Shown here in pieces: positions 1-10,145 of a stretch of DNA of 64,000 bases. The notes under the pieces were generated by a model that searched no databases, had not been told where the DNA came from, and saw only the letters and a list, made by a program, of their open reading frames with translations. The stretch is from Candidatus Bathyarchaeota archaeon (GTDB lineage: Archaea > Thermoproteota > Bathyarchaeia > Bathyarchaeales > Bathycorpusculaceae): assembly GCA_963827165.1 (NCBI GenBank), contig CAWGZR010000003.1:64001-128000 (forward strand), written 5' to 3'. A program made the position numbers and the translations under genes. Position 1 is the stretch's first letter; every line of letters begins with the position of its first letter.

Positions 1-811
1 CGAATAGGCTGGCCAGAAGCCTGCTTCTCGCCGACGGATTACCACCTCTCTGGGTATAGCCCAAAACGCTAAGCCTCACCTCTGCTTCAGTGGCTTTCTC
101 GATTTCATTCGCAAGCTGACGATTGTCTCCGATTCCTTCCGCTGCAACAATTATGGCTGATCTTTTTCCTCTTTCTTTGCTTTCTTTGATAGTGTTGAAG
201 ATTTTTTCATTTTCGTATTTTACCTCTGGAACCAGAATCATTTCGGCTCCAACGGTGACCCCCACATTTAGTGCAAGGAACCCTCTTGTTCGCCCCATGA
301 CTTCAACTATGAAGATTCTTTCAAGGGAGACTGCTGTATCTCGAATCTTGTCGATTGCGTTTACTGCCGTATTTACTGCGGTGTCGAATCCTATAGTTTC
401 GTCCGTTCCGAAAACGTCGTTATCGATTGACGCTGGAACCCCCACGATTGACGTGCCGGTTTCTTTGCTTAGTTCTAGAGCCCCTTGGAGAGAGCCGTTA
501 CCGCCAATAACAACAAGGCCATCGACATTGTTTAATGCAAGAGTCTGGGCAGCTTTCTTGATTGCTTCATCTTTTTTGAACTCTAGGCATCTTGACGTAT
601 GAAGGATTGTTCCTCCCAGATGTAATATTCCGCCAACGGAGCGTGGAGCCAATCGTCTAAACGAGTTTGTTAGTAAGCCTTCCCAGCCCCTTTCGAACCC
701 TATAACCTCCATGTTTTTTGAGTTAGCAATGCGAACAACGCCTCGAATAGCTGCGTTCATGCCTGGCGCATCTCCGCCACTTGTAACAACGCCTATAATC
801 TTCATTTTCAT
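1..811 (-). CDS. pfkA: 6-phosphofructokinase, PfkA family (probably ATP-dependent); 3' end runs off the window
   Basis: Manual translation (not in ORF track): MKMKIIGVVTSGGDAPGMNAAIRG...GGTILHTSRC...VVIGGNGS...PASIDNDV.GTD.TIGFDTA...VEVMGR...LGYTQRGG. Confidence 0.95.
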   Translation of the reverse strand, partial: MKMKIIGVVTSGGDAPGMNAAIRGVVRIANSKNMEVIGFERGWEGLLTNSFRRLAPRSVGGILHLGGTILHTSRCLEFKKDEAIKKAAQTLALNNVDGLVVIGGNGSLQGALELSKETGTSIVGVPASIDNDVFGTDETIGFDTAVNTAVNAIDKIRDTAVSLERIFIVEVMGRTRGFLALNVGVTVGAEMILVPEVKYENEKIFNTIKESKERGKRSAIIVAAEGIGDNRQLANEIEKATEAEVRLSVLGYTQRGGNPSARSRLLASLF

Positions 812-843
812 TCCTTCATATCGACAAAACACATAGTAATGTT

Positions 844-1659
<816 letters not shown>

Positions 1660-2922
1660 TCAAGTCGTTTTCTTGCTGGCATAGCTGTCATAGATGGCGA
1701 GAGTTTGCTCGGCAACAATTCTCCAAGTGAAATGCTTCAAGACTACTTTTCGCCCATTAATACCCCACTGCTTGGCTCTAGACGGGTCTTTGAGCACCTC
1801 TTTGATGCCCCACGCAATGTCAACTGGGCTCCCACCATCCACGTGAACACCGTTTTGCTCCGGACCCGCTGGAATGACTTGCTCACGAAAACCAACCACG
1901 CCCTTAGCGCCGACCACCACAGGTTTTTCCATAGACATAGCTTCCAAGCTCACAATGCCAAACGGCTCATAGACAGAAGGGAAAACGCACAAATCAGAAG
2001 CAGCATAATGCAAAATCCTCTCTTCCTCAGACACAAATTCAGGACGGTATACTACGTTCTTACTAATGCCAAGTCGATCCGCAAGTTCAGTTATATCCTG
2101 CTGTTCCTCGCCCTTTCCAAGTATCACCAGCTTCGCCTTTGGATATTCAGCCAAGACCAAAGGCATCCCCTGAACAAGATTCCTAACACCCTTCACCCAC
2201 GTCAAACGACCTAGAAAAAGTATCATAGTTTCATCTTTGGCTATTCCATATCTCTGCCTGAGCTTCTGCACATCTTCTGACTTGGCTTTTTGAGGATCGT
2301 ATTTTTCTGGATCAACGCCGTTCCAAACCACATGAATTTTTGACTCTGGCCACCCATGCTTAGCTAAATCTTCCTTCATCACGTGACTTACAGTGATGAT
2401 GCCGTCTGCTTTTTCAGCCATCATAGACTCCAGATGATTCACAGTTGCTGAGCCTTCTCCACCGCTTCTTCCCCACTCTGTGGAGTGCACATGAAATATT
2501 ACAGGTATTTTCAACTCGTTCTTGCAGATTATTCCTGCTATGCTGCTCAACCAGTCGTTAATTGAAACTACGGCGTAGTCGCAGTTCTCCTTCTTTATGA
2601 CGTCGTTTATCATTTTTGCGGCTGACAACATATTGTAAGCGAATATGTCGGTGAAGAATTTTATGTTTGTACCCCATCTTTTAAGGTCGTTTGCCACAAA
2701 CAACGGAAATACATTGCTAGCTTCCACAAGGAGTGGCCTATGAATTTCCACCCCGCCCAAGATTTCGCTTGTTTTCAGGTTTCCAGGGTTAAGCGTGTAA
2801 ACGCTGACATCCCGTCCCAAAGCCACAAACTCCTTCGTTATATACTCAGCATAGGTTCCCAATCCACCAACAATCGCAGGCGGATACTCCATCACAAAAA
2901 ACGCAATTCTCAAACAGTTCAC
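1660..2922 (-). CDS. GT4 family glycosyltransferase (glycogen-synthase-like)
   Basis: EYPP..VGGLG N-terminus, FLGRL...KG, YEPFGIVSLEAM. Confidence 0.85.
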   Translation of the reverse strand: MNCLRIAFFVMEYPPAIVGGLGTYAEYITKEFVALGRDVSVYTLNPGNLKTSEILGGVEIHRPLLVEASNVFPLFVANDLKRWGTNIKFFTDIFAYNMLSAAKMINDVIKKENCDYAVVSINDWLSSIAGIICKNELKIPVIFHVHSTEWGRSGGEGSATVNHLESMMAEKADGIITVSHVMKEDLAKHGWPESKIHVVWNGVDPEKYDPQKAKSEDVQKLRQRYGIAKDETMILFLGRLTWVKGVRNLVQGMPLVLAEYPKAKLVILGKGEEQQDITELADRLGISKNVVYRPEFVSEEERILHYAASDLCVFPSVYEPFGIVSLEAMSMEKPVVVGAKGVVGFREQVIPAGPEQNGVHVDGGSPVDIAWGIKEVLKDPSRAKQWGINGRKVVLKHFTWRIVAEQTLAIYDSYASKKTT

Positions 2923-3003
2923 CTTATGATTCCATAATTATTTTCACTTTCGTTACGCCGCAAGTTGACAAATTCCAATAATTGTCCGCCATTCTGCCAA
3001 TAA

Positions 3004-4023
3004 CTATGTCGCGTTGGGTTGAACAACATTTTGTGGTTTCCCAGAAACGAAAGCAGCTATGTTTTCTACTGTTGTTTCAAGTATTCTTTCTAGGGCTTCT
3101 TTGCTGTAGAAAGCTATGTGAGGAGTAAAAACAACATTGTCTTTGCTCAGCAGAATGTGATCCTTAACCAAGCTGGCCAAGACTTCGAGATTCTTAGGCT
3201 CGTATAACAGCTGCTTTTCCTCCTTTATAACTTCCTCGCCCTCAAAGACATCAAGACCCGCACCAGCCAGTATTTTGTTGTCAAGAGCCTCGATTAATGC
3301 TTCAGTATCCACAATACTTCCTCTTGCAGTGTTTATTAGAATAGCACCTTTCTTAACAAGCTTAAACGTATCTTTGTTCATAAGATGATGCGTGGCTTTC
3401 ATGTACGGCACATGCAGCGTAATTACATCTGAGCCAGCTAAAAGGTTCTCCAGCGAAACATATTCAAAACCCAAGACCTCAGATAGAAGTTTGTTTTGAC
3501 GGACATCATATGCTACAACGTTCATGCCGAAGCCTTTTGCAATCCTGATGACATGCAAACCGATTTGACCAGTTCCGATGACACCTATAGTTTTTCCTTT
3601 CAAGTCGAACCCCTCTAACCCCTCTATTGAGAAATCTTGTTCAAAACGTCTAATGCATGCCTTGCACATGTTTCTCGACAAAGACAGAATCAAAGCAAAC
3701 GTGTGCTCAGCAACAGTATTCTCCCCGTAAGATGGAACATTGCAAATTGTAATTCCCTGTTTCTTGCATGCTTCTAAATCGATGTGGTCGAAGCCGGTGG
3801 ATCTTGTTGTTACTAGTTTCAAATTTGGAATTTCCCGAATGATTTGCTCATCTATTTTAGAATAGATGAACACTGAAAGGGCATCAAAATCTTTTATTTG
3901 AGCGGCATTTTCCAAACTTAGCTTTTCATTTGAAAATTTCAGTTGGTGACCGTTCAGCTTCTTTTTGAGGTATTCTTCTTCCCATTCTTCGACTTCGAAA
4001 AACGCTATTTTCATCTTTTCCAC
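3004..4023 (-). CDS. D-isomer-specific 2-hydroxyacid dehydrogenase (D-lactate dehydrogenase-like)
   Basis: TRSTGFDHID, NVPSYG..VAEH, GVIGTGQIG, INTARG, GLDVFEGE, FTPHIAFYS. Confidence 0.9.
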   Translation of the reverse strand: MEKMKIAFFEVEEWEEEYLKKKLNGHQLKFSNEKLSLENAAQIKDFDALSVFIYSKIDEQIIREIPNLKLVTTRSTGFDHIDLEACKKQGITICNVPSYGENTVAEHTFALILSLSRNMCKACIRRFEQDFSIEGLEGFDLKGKTIGVIGTGQIGLHVIRIAKGFGMNVVAYDVRQNKLLSEVLGFEYVSLENLLAGSDVITLHVPYMKATHHLMNKDTFKLVKKGAILINTARGSIVDTEALIEALDNKILAGAGLDVFEGEEVIKEEKQLLYEPKNLEVLASLVKDHILLSKDNVVFTPHIAFYSKEALERILETTVENIAAFVSGKPQNVVQPNAT

Positions 4024-4124
4024 TTACCTAACATAATATATTGTGTTGAAGATATTCAATATTGGCTTTTTCAGAGGGAGAGAGCAGAGTGCACATTATT
4101 ATATTATCAGGCTTGGAGAAATGC

Positions 4125-4592
4125 TTACGGGTGTTGTAATTCGGCAATGCGGTTTTGAACAGTTTGGGAAAGCTCTTTCCTCAAGTCCTCTTCTTGAGGA
4201 CTGGCTTTAATCTGGTCAATTCTTTTTCCTAGTTCTTCATCGCCAATTGTGTTTTTGAACCATTTTTGAAAATCTTGACGCTGAAAATGAAACATGACAG
4301 ACTGAACGGGTACTGTTTGGAGTTTTTCAGCGAACTCAACCATGCTACATGCGGTTATTCCATTGTATTTTCCGAGTTCTGTGTAAAAATGAAAGCCGCT
4401 TTCAAAGGGAACAGTGTTCAGTAGGTTTAGGTTTTTAGGTTTTTCTATAGGCTGTTTTTTGGTTATTGCTATCTTGGACAAAATATGGACACGACCTGAA
4501 ATAAAGGGAGAATAGGGGTAGACCCTTATAACTTCTTGTGATTGTGAAGGCGCAGCTACATTTTCAAAGTGAGTCAAGGAGGAGATAGTCAT
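4125..4592 (-). CDS. DUF5752-like protein
   Basis: GFHFY...G..A.S..EF...L..VP..S..FH..R.DF..W....IGD.EL pattern; true start may be internal. Confidence 0.7.
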   Translation of the reverse strand: MTISSLTHFENVAAPSQSQEVIRVYPYSPFISGRVHILSKIAITKKQPIEKPKNLNLLNTVPFESGFHFYTELGKYNGITACSMVEFAEKLQTVPVQSVMFHFQRQDFQKWFKNTIGDEELGKRIDQIKASPQEEDLRKELSQTVQNRIAELQHP

Positions 4593-4805
4593 GTTTCTTA
4601 AAGTATTTGAGTTCGCGCCAAGTGCACTTTATTTGAAATATGTCTAAATTGATTAAATCAAAGCAGAGAAGACTCGTGTTATTTCAAGAAGCTATCGCTG
4701 TCTTTTCTGAAAACAGCCATAACCAAATTTTCAGGCTTAAGTCTTAATTGCTCTCCGTTAACTTTAACTTGGAATGTGTGTTGTTCTAGGATGCGTGGCG
4801 ATGTT

Positions 4806-6203
4806 TTGTTGAAGAAAACAAAGATTATATGCACTTTGGGTCCCGCTAGTTTTTCAAAGCAAGTGATTGAAAAAATGTTTCAAGCGGGCATGAACGGTGC
4901 AAGGATAAATACTGCTTATGGAAATCTCGCTCAATACCAGTCGGTTATAGAGACAGTGCGGGAAGTTGCGGATATCCCCGTAATAATTGATATCAAAGGA
5001 CCAGAAATTAGAATCAGGGCATCTCAACAAAAGGTCTTCAGCAAAGGAGATATTTTGGAAGTTGGCTTCAACGGGGAAGAAGTCAGTTTCAATCACGATT
5101 TCTATGACGAAATGAGAGTTGATGACGAAGTATACATCGATAATGGAAAAATTAGAACACGCGTAGTTGAATTGAAAGATCGCAAACTTCGGCTTCTCAC
5201 CTTGGACGGCGGCGTCATAGAAGATGGAAAAGGCGTTAACATTCCCAACAAGCATCTTTCAGTTCCCACTTTCCCCGAAAAAGACTTGGAGATTATAAGT
5301 TTTGCAAAAAAACAAGACGTGGAATACGTTGCGCTTTCATTCACAAGGAATGCCGAAGACGTGAAAAACTTGTCCCAGACCAATGGTTTTGGAGGCGGAA
5401 TAATCGCCAAGATTGAGAACTCTGAGGGCGTTCAAAACGTCAAAGAAATTTTAGACGCCGCTAGTGGATTAATGGTTGCAAGAGGCGATTTGGCAGTTGA
5501 AATCGAACCTGAAAAAGTACCTTTGGTTCAGAAATCCCTAATCAAACTGTGCAATCAGAAGGGTAAGCTTGTTGTAACTGCAACCGAGATGCTTGAATCG
5601 ATGATTAATGAACCCAGTCCAACCAGAGCTGAAGTCAGTGACGTTGCAAACGCAATACTAGATGGGTCAGACGCCATTATGCTTTCTGGAGAAACAGCTA
5701 TGGGTCAGTATCCTGTGGATGCCGTTGAGATGATGACTCGTATAGCGAACGAAACCGAGAAGGCCGTCAAAAGCAATGTTGAGGATACAACGTTTATCAA
5801 CATTTCTGATACGGTAAGCAGGGCAATCCAGAGAATATGTCAAAGTATGCCGATTCACACAGTTGTACCTTTGACGCACTCAGGCTATACAGCCCGAATG
5901 ATAGCTCGCTTCAAGATTGCACAGCCGATAATTGCTGTCACTCGTGATATTAAAGTTAAAAAACAACTGGAACTCATATTCGGCGTTTATCCAGTGTTGA
6001 TAAATTACCGTGAAGAAAAAGATAGATTATTGACGGTTGCAAACCAACTTCATAAAATGCATCTGGTTGATGATGAAGATATAGTCTTGTTCACTGAGGG
6101 TGTAAGAACTACTATGGAGCACGCCAGCAACTCAATAGAGATACATAAAATAAAAGAATTAAGAGAATTTGCGGCGTCCTCAGAGCTGACAACGTTTTGG
6201 TGA
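4806..6203 (+). CDS. pyk: Pyruvate kinase
   Basis: KTKIICTLGPAS, DIKGPEIR, AKIEN, MVARGDL, ATEMLESM, PTRAEVSDVANA, MLSGETA. Confidence 0.97.
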   Translation: MLKKTKIICTLGPASFSKQVIEKMFQAGMNGARINTAYGNLAQYQSVIETVREVADIPVIIDIKGPEIRIRASQQKVFSKGDILEVGFNGEEVSFNHDFYDEMRVDDEVYIDNGKIRTRVVELKDRKLRLLTLDGGVIEDGKGVNIPNKHLSVPTFPEKDLEIISFAKKQDVEYVALSFTRNAEDVKNLSQTNGFGGGIIAKIENSEGVQNVKEILDAASGLMVARGDLAVEIEPEKVPLVQKSLIKLCNQKGKLVVTATEMLESMINEPSPTRAEVSDVANAILDGSDAIMLSGETAMGQYPVDAVEMMTRIANETEKAVKSNVEDTTFINISDTVSRAIQRICQSMPIHTVVPLTHSGYTARMIARFKIAQPIIAVTRDIKVKKQLELIFGVYPVLINYREEKDRLLTVANQLHKMHLVDDEDIVLFTEGVRTTMEHASNSIEIHKIKELREFAASSELTTFW

Positions 6204-6212
6204 AAATAGTTT

Positions 6213-6902
6213 ATGATCTGCAATCTGTTTGTCTTTAGACACGCTGAGACTACCGATAACTGCAACCAAATATTCTCCGGCTGGCGTGACCCTGACTTAA
6301 CTTCAAAGGGACTTTTGCAGGCGCAAGAAGTTGCTCAACAGTTGGAACAAGAAAGAATTGACTACGCGTTTACCTCACATCTTTTGCGAGCTAAAAGAAC
6401 CCTTGAAATTGTCCTAAAACCGCACCTCAACGTTCCAGTTTTCGTGGACGACCGCCTGATTGAACGTTGTTATGGTACGTTGCAGGGCAAAAGCAAGGTC
6501 GAGATTGCAGCTGAAAAACCTGAGTGGTTTGCCAAAGTTCACCGGGGTTTCGATTTTGCGCCTCCTGAAGGTGAAAGCCTCAAGATGGTGGAAAGCCGGA
6601 CTTTGCCCTTTATTGTGCAGCTTGAAAAGTGGCTTCAACAGCATCCGGGCAATGTGGCTATCTCGTGTCATGGCAATTCAATGCGGCCGATTAGAAGGGT
6701 CTTTGAACACTTAAGCCTTAAGCAGATGCTTCAGCTTGAGAACCCACAGGACCAAGCGATGGAATACGCTCTTCACATACACCGCGTCAATGTTAACGAA
6801 GTTGAAGAGGGCAAACCCGAAAAGGATTGGCAAAGCGTTGTGGTCCCATCTTCTGTAAAGTTAGCTACGGACCCACGAAACCCATTAATGCAATACTATT
6901 AA
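6213..6902 (+). CDS. gpmA: Histidine-phosphatase-family 2,3-bisphosphoglycerate-dependent phosphoglycerate mutase
   Basis: RHAE..N....FSGW.D..LT, L.ERCYG.LQG..K, PPEGESL, HGNSMR; 9 nt after pyk. Confidence 0.75.
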   Translation: MICNLFVFRHAETTDNCNQIFSGWRDPDLTSKGLLQAQEVAQQLEQERIDYAFTSHLLRAKRTLEIVLKPHLNVPVFVDDRLIERCYGTLQGKSKVEIAAEKPEWFAKVHRGFDFAPPEGESLKMVESRTLPFIVQLEKWLQQHPGNVAISCHGNSMRPIRRVFEHLSLKQMLQLENPQDQAMEYALHIHRVNVNEVEEGKPEKDWQSVVVPSSVKLATDPRNPLMQYY

Positions 6903-7421
6903 GTCCAAAAAGATTCTGTCGCGCTCGCAGTACCTAGATCCGCCTTAGGCTTGGCGATACATAGATCCAGAAAAACATTCAGGAGGCTCTTTCATAAAGT
7001 CAGAGCCAAAATAGATAATGCTTTTAAAGCAAACAGCGTTTATTCCAAAGTAAAAGAGGCAACGTGGTGCGAAAATTAAACGCAATCATAGTGGCCGTTG
7101 GTGCAATAGCGCTTGCTTTTGCCTGGCTAAACAACGTCTCTGTCCAGACCGAGCTTGTTCCAACAATAGTCAACGGCGAAGTCATCGCCACTTCCATCGC
7201 AATAATATTAACCGGCATATTCTTCACAATAGGCTGCTCTAACAGACTGGTGGAGCTTCAAAAAAAGAAAGACCACCCGGACTTTATTCTTGCTTTTCTA
7301 GGATTAGCTTCATTTTTTGTTGTAAGCACTTTCCTATGTATGATGGTTAACAATTTCAGCATTGCCCTAAGGCTGAGCTTCACAGGCTTGGTACTCGCCA
7401 CCGGAACTTTCATGAGCCTAG

Positions 7422-8505
7422 TAGACCTTAGGCGTTATTATTTTCCGAGTTTTTCTGTCGATTCCCTCGCTTCTGCCCAGCTCTCCTAAACAATCAATGC
7501 CTTAGATATCCTAAAATTCACCAAACCGCACACAACATCAGTCATAACATCATAGTGTTTAAGGCGATTCCTAAACTCGCCACCCCAAATCAGAAACTTC
7601 TTCAACCTAGAATTCACATGCTCCACCACAACACGCTCCCCATTAAACACCCTATTGAAAGCTTTCTGCTCAACCGAAAGGTCACTTCCTTTAACACCAC
7701 GCTTACCTGACCCCTTCCGCTTACATGGCACCACAAAATTCAGCCATGGACAAGCCTTCTTCACGCCCTCATAACCAAGGTCACCCCCCATTCGAATCAG
7801 CCAAGGCAAAGACGGGTGACTATGCATAAAAAGTGGGTAATCCTGCATGCTTCCCCTAACATGCCTGCTCTTATGAACAATCAAGCCGTCCGCGTTAACA
7901 GCTAACTGCGTCTTAACGGTGTGCCGCTTCTTTTTGCCGCTGTAATGGGTTTTGCGTCTGCGCCTATTTTTTGGCCTTGGAATCTCCTGTTCAGTTGAAT
8001 CCAAGAAAGCCCTAAAACCCGGAAACATCACTTCGATTTCATCGATAGTTTCTAGCCGCTTGACCTTGGTATGCATCTTTCTAGGCAAGGGTAGAACTTC
8101 ACATACGAGGGGTTCGAGTTTTCTGATGTCTTTTAGTATGTTGGATTGTGTGAGGTTGAAGAGGTAAGCCATAAGGTTGGATGAGAGGTAGAGGTGGTAG
8201 TAGACTAGTAGCATTAGCAGTCGGTCTGTTAGTGTGAGGTTGAAGGGGTGGCCTGCGCCTGCTGCTCTTTTTCTATCTGTTCTAGCGAGTCTTTTTTGCT
8301 CGAAAGCTTGGTAGCTGGCTGTTATCTGCGAGTTCAGGGTGTCGAATTCTGATACTTCTAAGCCTGAGAAATTCTTAAAATGTGAGGGGCTTTTTGATAA
8401 CACGCTGTAATTTAGCATGAAATCATCCTGAGAGCCAAGTATTGAGCTTATATGCTAATAAAACCTTTGTTTCAGCCCTAAAACGTCAATTACGACTAAG
8501 GTCTA
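7422..8505 (-). mobile_element. IS5-family-like insertion sequence with terminal inverted repeats and TA duplication
   Basis: Left TAGACCTTAGGCGTTATT (7422-7439) vs reverse complement of right end TAGACCTTAGTCGTAATT (8488-8505); terminal TA on both sides. Confidence 0.9.
7486..8418 (-). CDS. DDE transposase (IS5/ISL2-like, HTH plus DDE_Tnp_4 type)
   Basis: LDSTEQEIPRP, YSGKKKRHTVK.Q, GDLGYEG, R.VVEHVNSRLKKF. Confidence 0.92.
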   Translation of the reverse strand: MLNYSVLSKSPSHFKNFSGLEVSEFDTLNSQITASYQAFEQKRLARTDRKRAAGAGHPFNLTLTDRLLMLLVYYHLYLSSNLMAYLFNLTQSNILKDIRKLEPLVCEVLPLPRKMHTKVKRLETIDEIEVMFPGFRAFLDSTEQEIPRPKNRRRRKTHYSGKKKRHTVKTQLAVNADGLIVHKSRHVRGSMQDYPLFMHSHPSLPWLIRMGGDLGYEGVKKACPWLNFVVPCKRKGSGKRGVKGSDLSVEQKAFNRVFNGERVVVEHVNSRLKKFLIWGGEFRNRLKHYDVMTDVVCGLVNFRISKALIV

Positions 8506-8710
8506 ATAGCATTGCTCATTCAACAGTTAACTCTACTAAACTCAAACTCTGGGCAACTACAGGGTAATCTGAGTTTTAGACGGGTCGAAAGGCAATTCTC
8601 AAACAGGATCTTTAACAGTAGACATAAGAATAAACGCCTCACTCTGAAGGAGTACCATTTCCGTCGATAAATTAAGGTTCCGTTTAGCCAAAAAAACTCT
8701 TTAGCACGAT

Positions 8711-9046
8711 TTATTGTTTTAGTTCAGATGAGTAAACTGTGTGATGTGTTACCTCTGGTGGACCCATGACGAAAGGTTCAAGTTCTTGAACGGCTTTTTT
8801 GAAAACGTCCTCAGCGAAAATCTTTTCCGATTCTTCGTTATTCCAGAGGGTTATTATGATGCCTAAATTCGCATCGTCGCGCGAAAGTAGGATAAGACTT
8901 TCTCTGAAACCTTCCGTTCTACGCACAAGTTCCGCGACTGAATTTGCTAACACATCCAAACCTCTTTTTCTTTGGTCAGGTTTGAACTTCCAAGAGGCCA
9001 CTCTTGCAAAAACCATACTTTTAACCTCTTTGAAACTGCTCAGCAT
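8711..9046 (-). CDS. Antibiotic biosynthesis monooxygenase-like (dimeric alpha/beta barrel) protein
   Basis: ARV..W..KP, EGFR, ITLW..EE, GPPEV pattern, ~100 aa. Confidence 0.6.
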   Translation of the reverse strand: MLSSFKEVKSMVFARVASWKFKPDQRKRGLDVLANSVAELVRRTEGFRESLILLSRDDANLGIIITLWNNEESEKIFAEDVFKKAVQELEPFVMGPPEVTHHTVYSSELKQ

Positions 9047-9156
9047 AGAATATTATTTTTCGTTAAGATTAACTTATTGCACATTACTTATTTTCTGAAA
9101 AATTAGGCGTTTCTGAATTCAACTATAAAAGACTTAGAAATGCACTAAGATACTGA

Positions 9157-9456
9157 TTATTGTTTTATATTTTTGTTTCTGGAGGACAATGAGTTCAATC
9201 TATTTTTGAAAGATGCAGCAGATTGGTTATCGGCAAGTACGTAGACGAAGTCTCCTTTTTGGAGCTCAAAGTCCGCGGTCAAGTTATGAATAGTTTCATT
9301 ATTTCGGTAAACTAATAATATTGGGTCGCCTTTATCGAGGTCTCCGTATTTTATGCCTTCAGAATTTATTTCGTATTTTGCAATGGTCCTTAGTACTGTC
9401 TTGTGCGTTTGCTCTTGGTTTTTGAAGATCGCTTCTTCAATTGTGGGGTTACTCAA
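9157..9456 (-). CDS. Stand-alone TrkA-C (RCK_C) domain protein
   Basis: ILLVYRNNETI....DFELQKGDFVYVLA. Confidence 0.6.
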   Translation of the reverse strand: MSNPTIEEAIFKNQEQTHKTVLRTIAKYEINSEGIKYGDLDKGDPILLVYRNNETIHNLTADFELQKGDFVYVLADNQSAASFKNRLNSLSSRNKNIKQ

Positions 9457-9501
9457 ACTTTTTTAATGTCAAAATAGCTTACCCTTATCGAGGGAACACT
9501 T

Positions 9502-9846
9502 TTGCTTTTTGGGCAGAAAAATAAATCTCAAATGGAACTCAAAGTCGATTTAGGCGATTTGCAAAGCGAAAAAGAAAACCTAACCAGCTTTCTTCAATTA
9601 CACCTCAAAGTGCCCATTTCCCAAGTTGAGGACAAGGTAACGGTGAATTCGGAAAAGGTTTCTGTGAGAGAACTGGAGCATGTAGTGAACAAGTTTGTTT
9701 ACCATCGAGACCTAAACCTCACTCACTGGGTCTCCGTTGAAGATGCTACAACCGTAAAAATTAACAGGTTTAAGGTCACCGAGAAAAAGAAGAAAGAAAA
9801 GAAAGAGCCGCCGCACCAAACCGCTGCACAAAGCTGGGGGCTTTAA
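9502..9846 (+). CDS. Ribosomal protein eL22-like protein
   Basis: SFLQ..LKV...EDKVTV.SE.VS.R.L...VNKF....DL...WV...VKINRF aligns by eye with eukaryotic eL22; Lys-rich tail. Confidence 0.65.
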   Translation: MLFGQKNKSQMELKVDLGDLQSEKENLTSFLQLHLKVPISQVEDKVTVNSEKVSVRELEHVVNKFVYHRDLNLTHWVSVEDATTVKINRFKVTEKKKKEKKEPPHQTAAQSWGL

Positions 9847-9975
9847 AAAACAACGCTAAATTCGCTACTTCTTTTCGGGTAATGACAGCAAAACACGCCA
9901 GCGACTCCAAAACATGGGCTAAACTCAAAAAGAAATAACTTTTAAAGTTTAAGCAAAGGGACTCAGACTGTTTCA

Positions 9976-10103
9976 AGACTGTGTAAAAACTATTTTTAAT
10001 TTCAGAAAAATGCTTGTTTTATGTGAATAATTTTGGTTACAAGATGCTATTTATACACATATAGAGCAACTTTTTGGACGCGATTTTAGTTTTCACACAG
10101 GCT
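9976..10103. mobile_element. Putative MITE (~128 bp, non-coding)
   Basis: AGACTGTGTAAAAACTA (9976-9992) vs reverse complement of right end AGCCTGTGTGAAAACTA (10087-10103), 15/17; GTTTC on both flanks. Confidence 0.65.
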
Positions 10104-10114
10104 GTTTCGGGGGT

Positions 10115-10134
10115 AAGCCCGGTCCGGCCCACCA
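10115..10134 (+). other. tRNA 3'-end remnant (att-like scar)
   Basis: AAGC-CCGGT-CCGGCCC-A-CCA = end of T-loop, 3' T-stem, 3' acceptor strand, discriminator, CCA; no 5' half upstream. Confidence 0.6.
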
Positions 10135-10145
10135 CTAATGCCTCT

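Larger units (their letters stand above)
7064..8670 (+). pseudogene. Membrane protein gene interrupted by IS5-like element
   Basis: Hydrophobic ORF from 7064; removing the IS restores the frame ...FMSLV/IALLIQQ... to TAA at 8668-8670. Confidence 0.7.

Noticed and set aside
123-602. 159-aa + strand ORF, and the many other ORFs antisense to or nested in recognised genes
   Set aside because: Shadow frames of well-supported genes (here pfkA); no motifs of their own.
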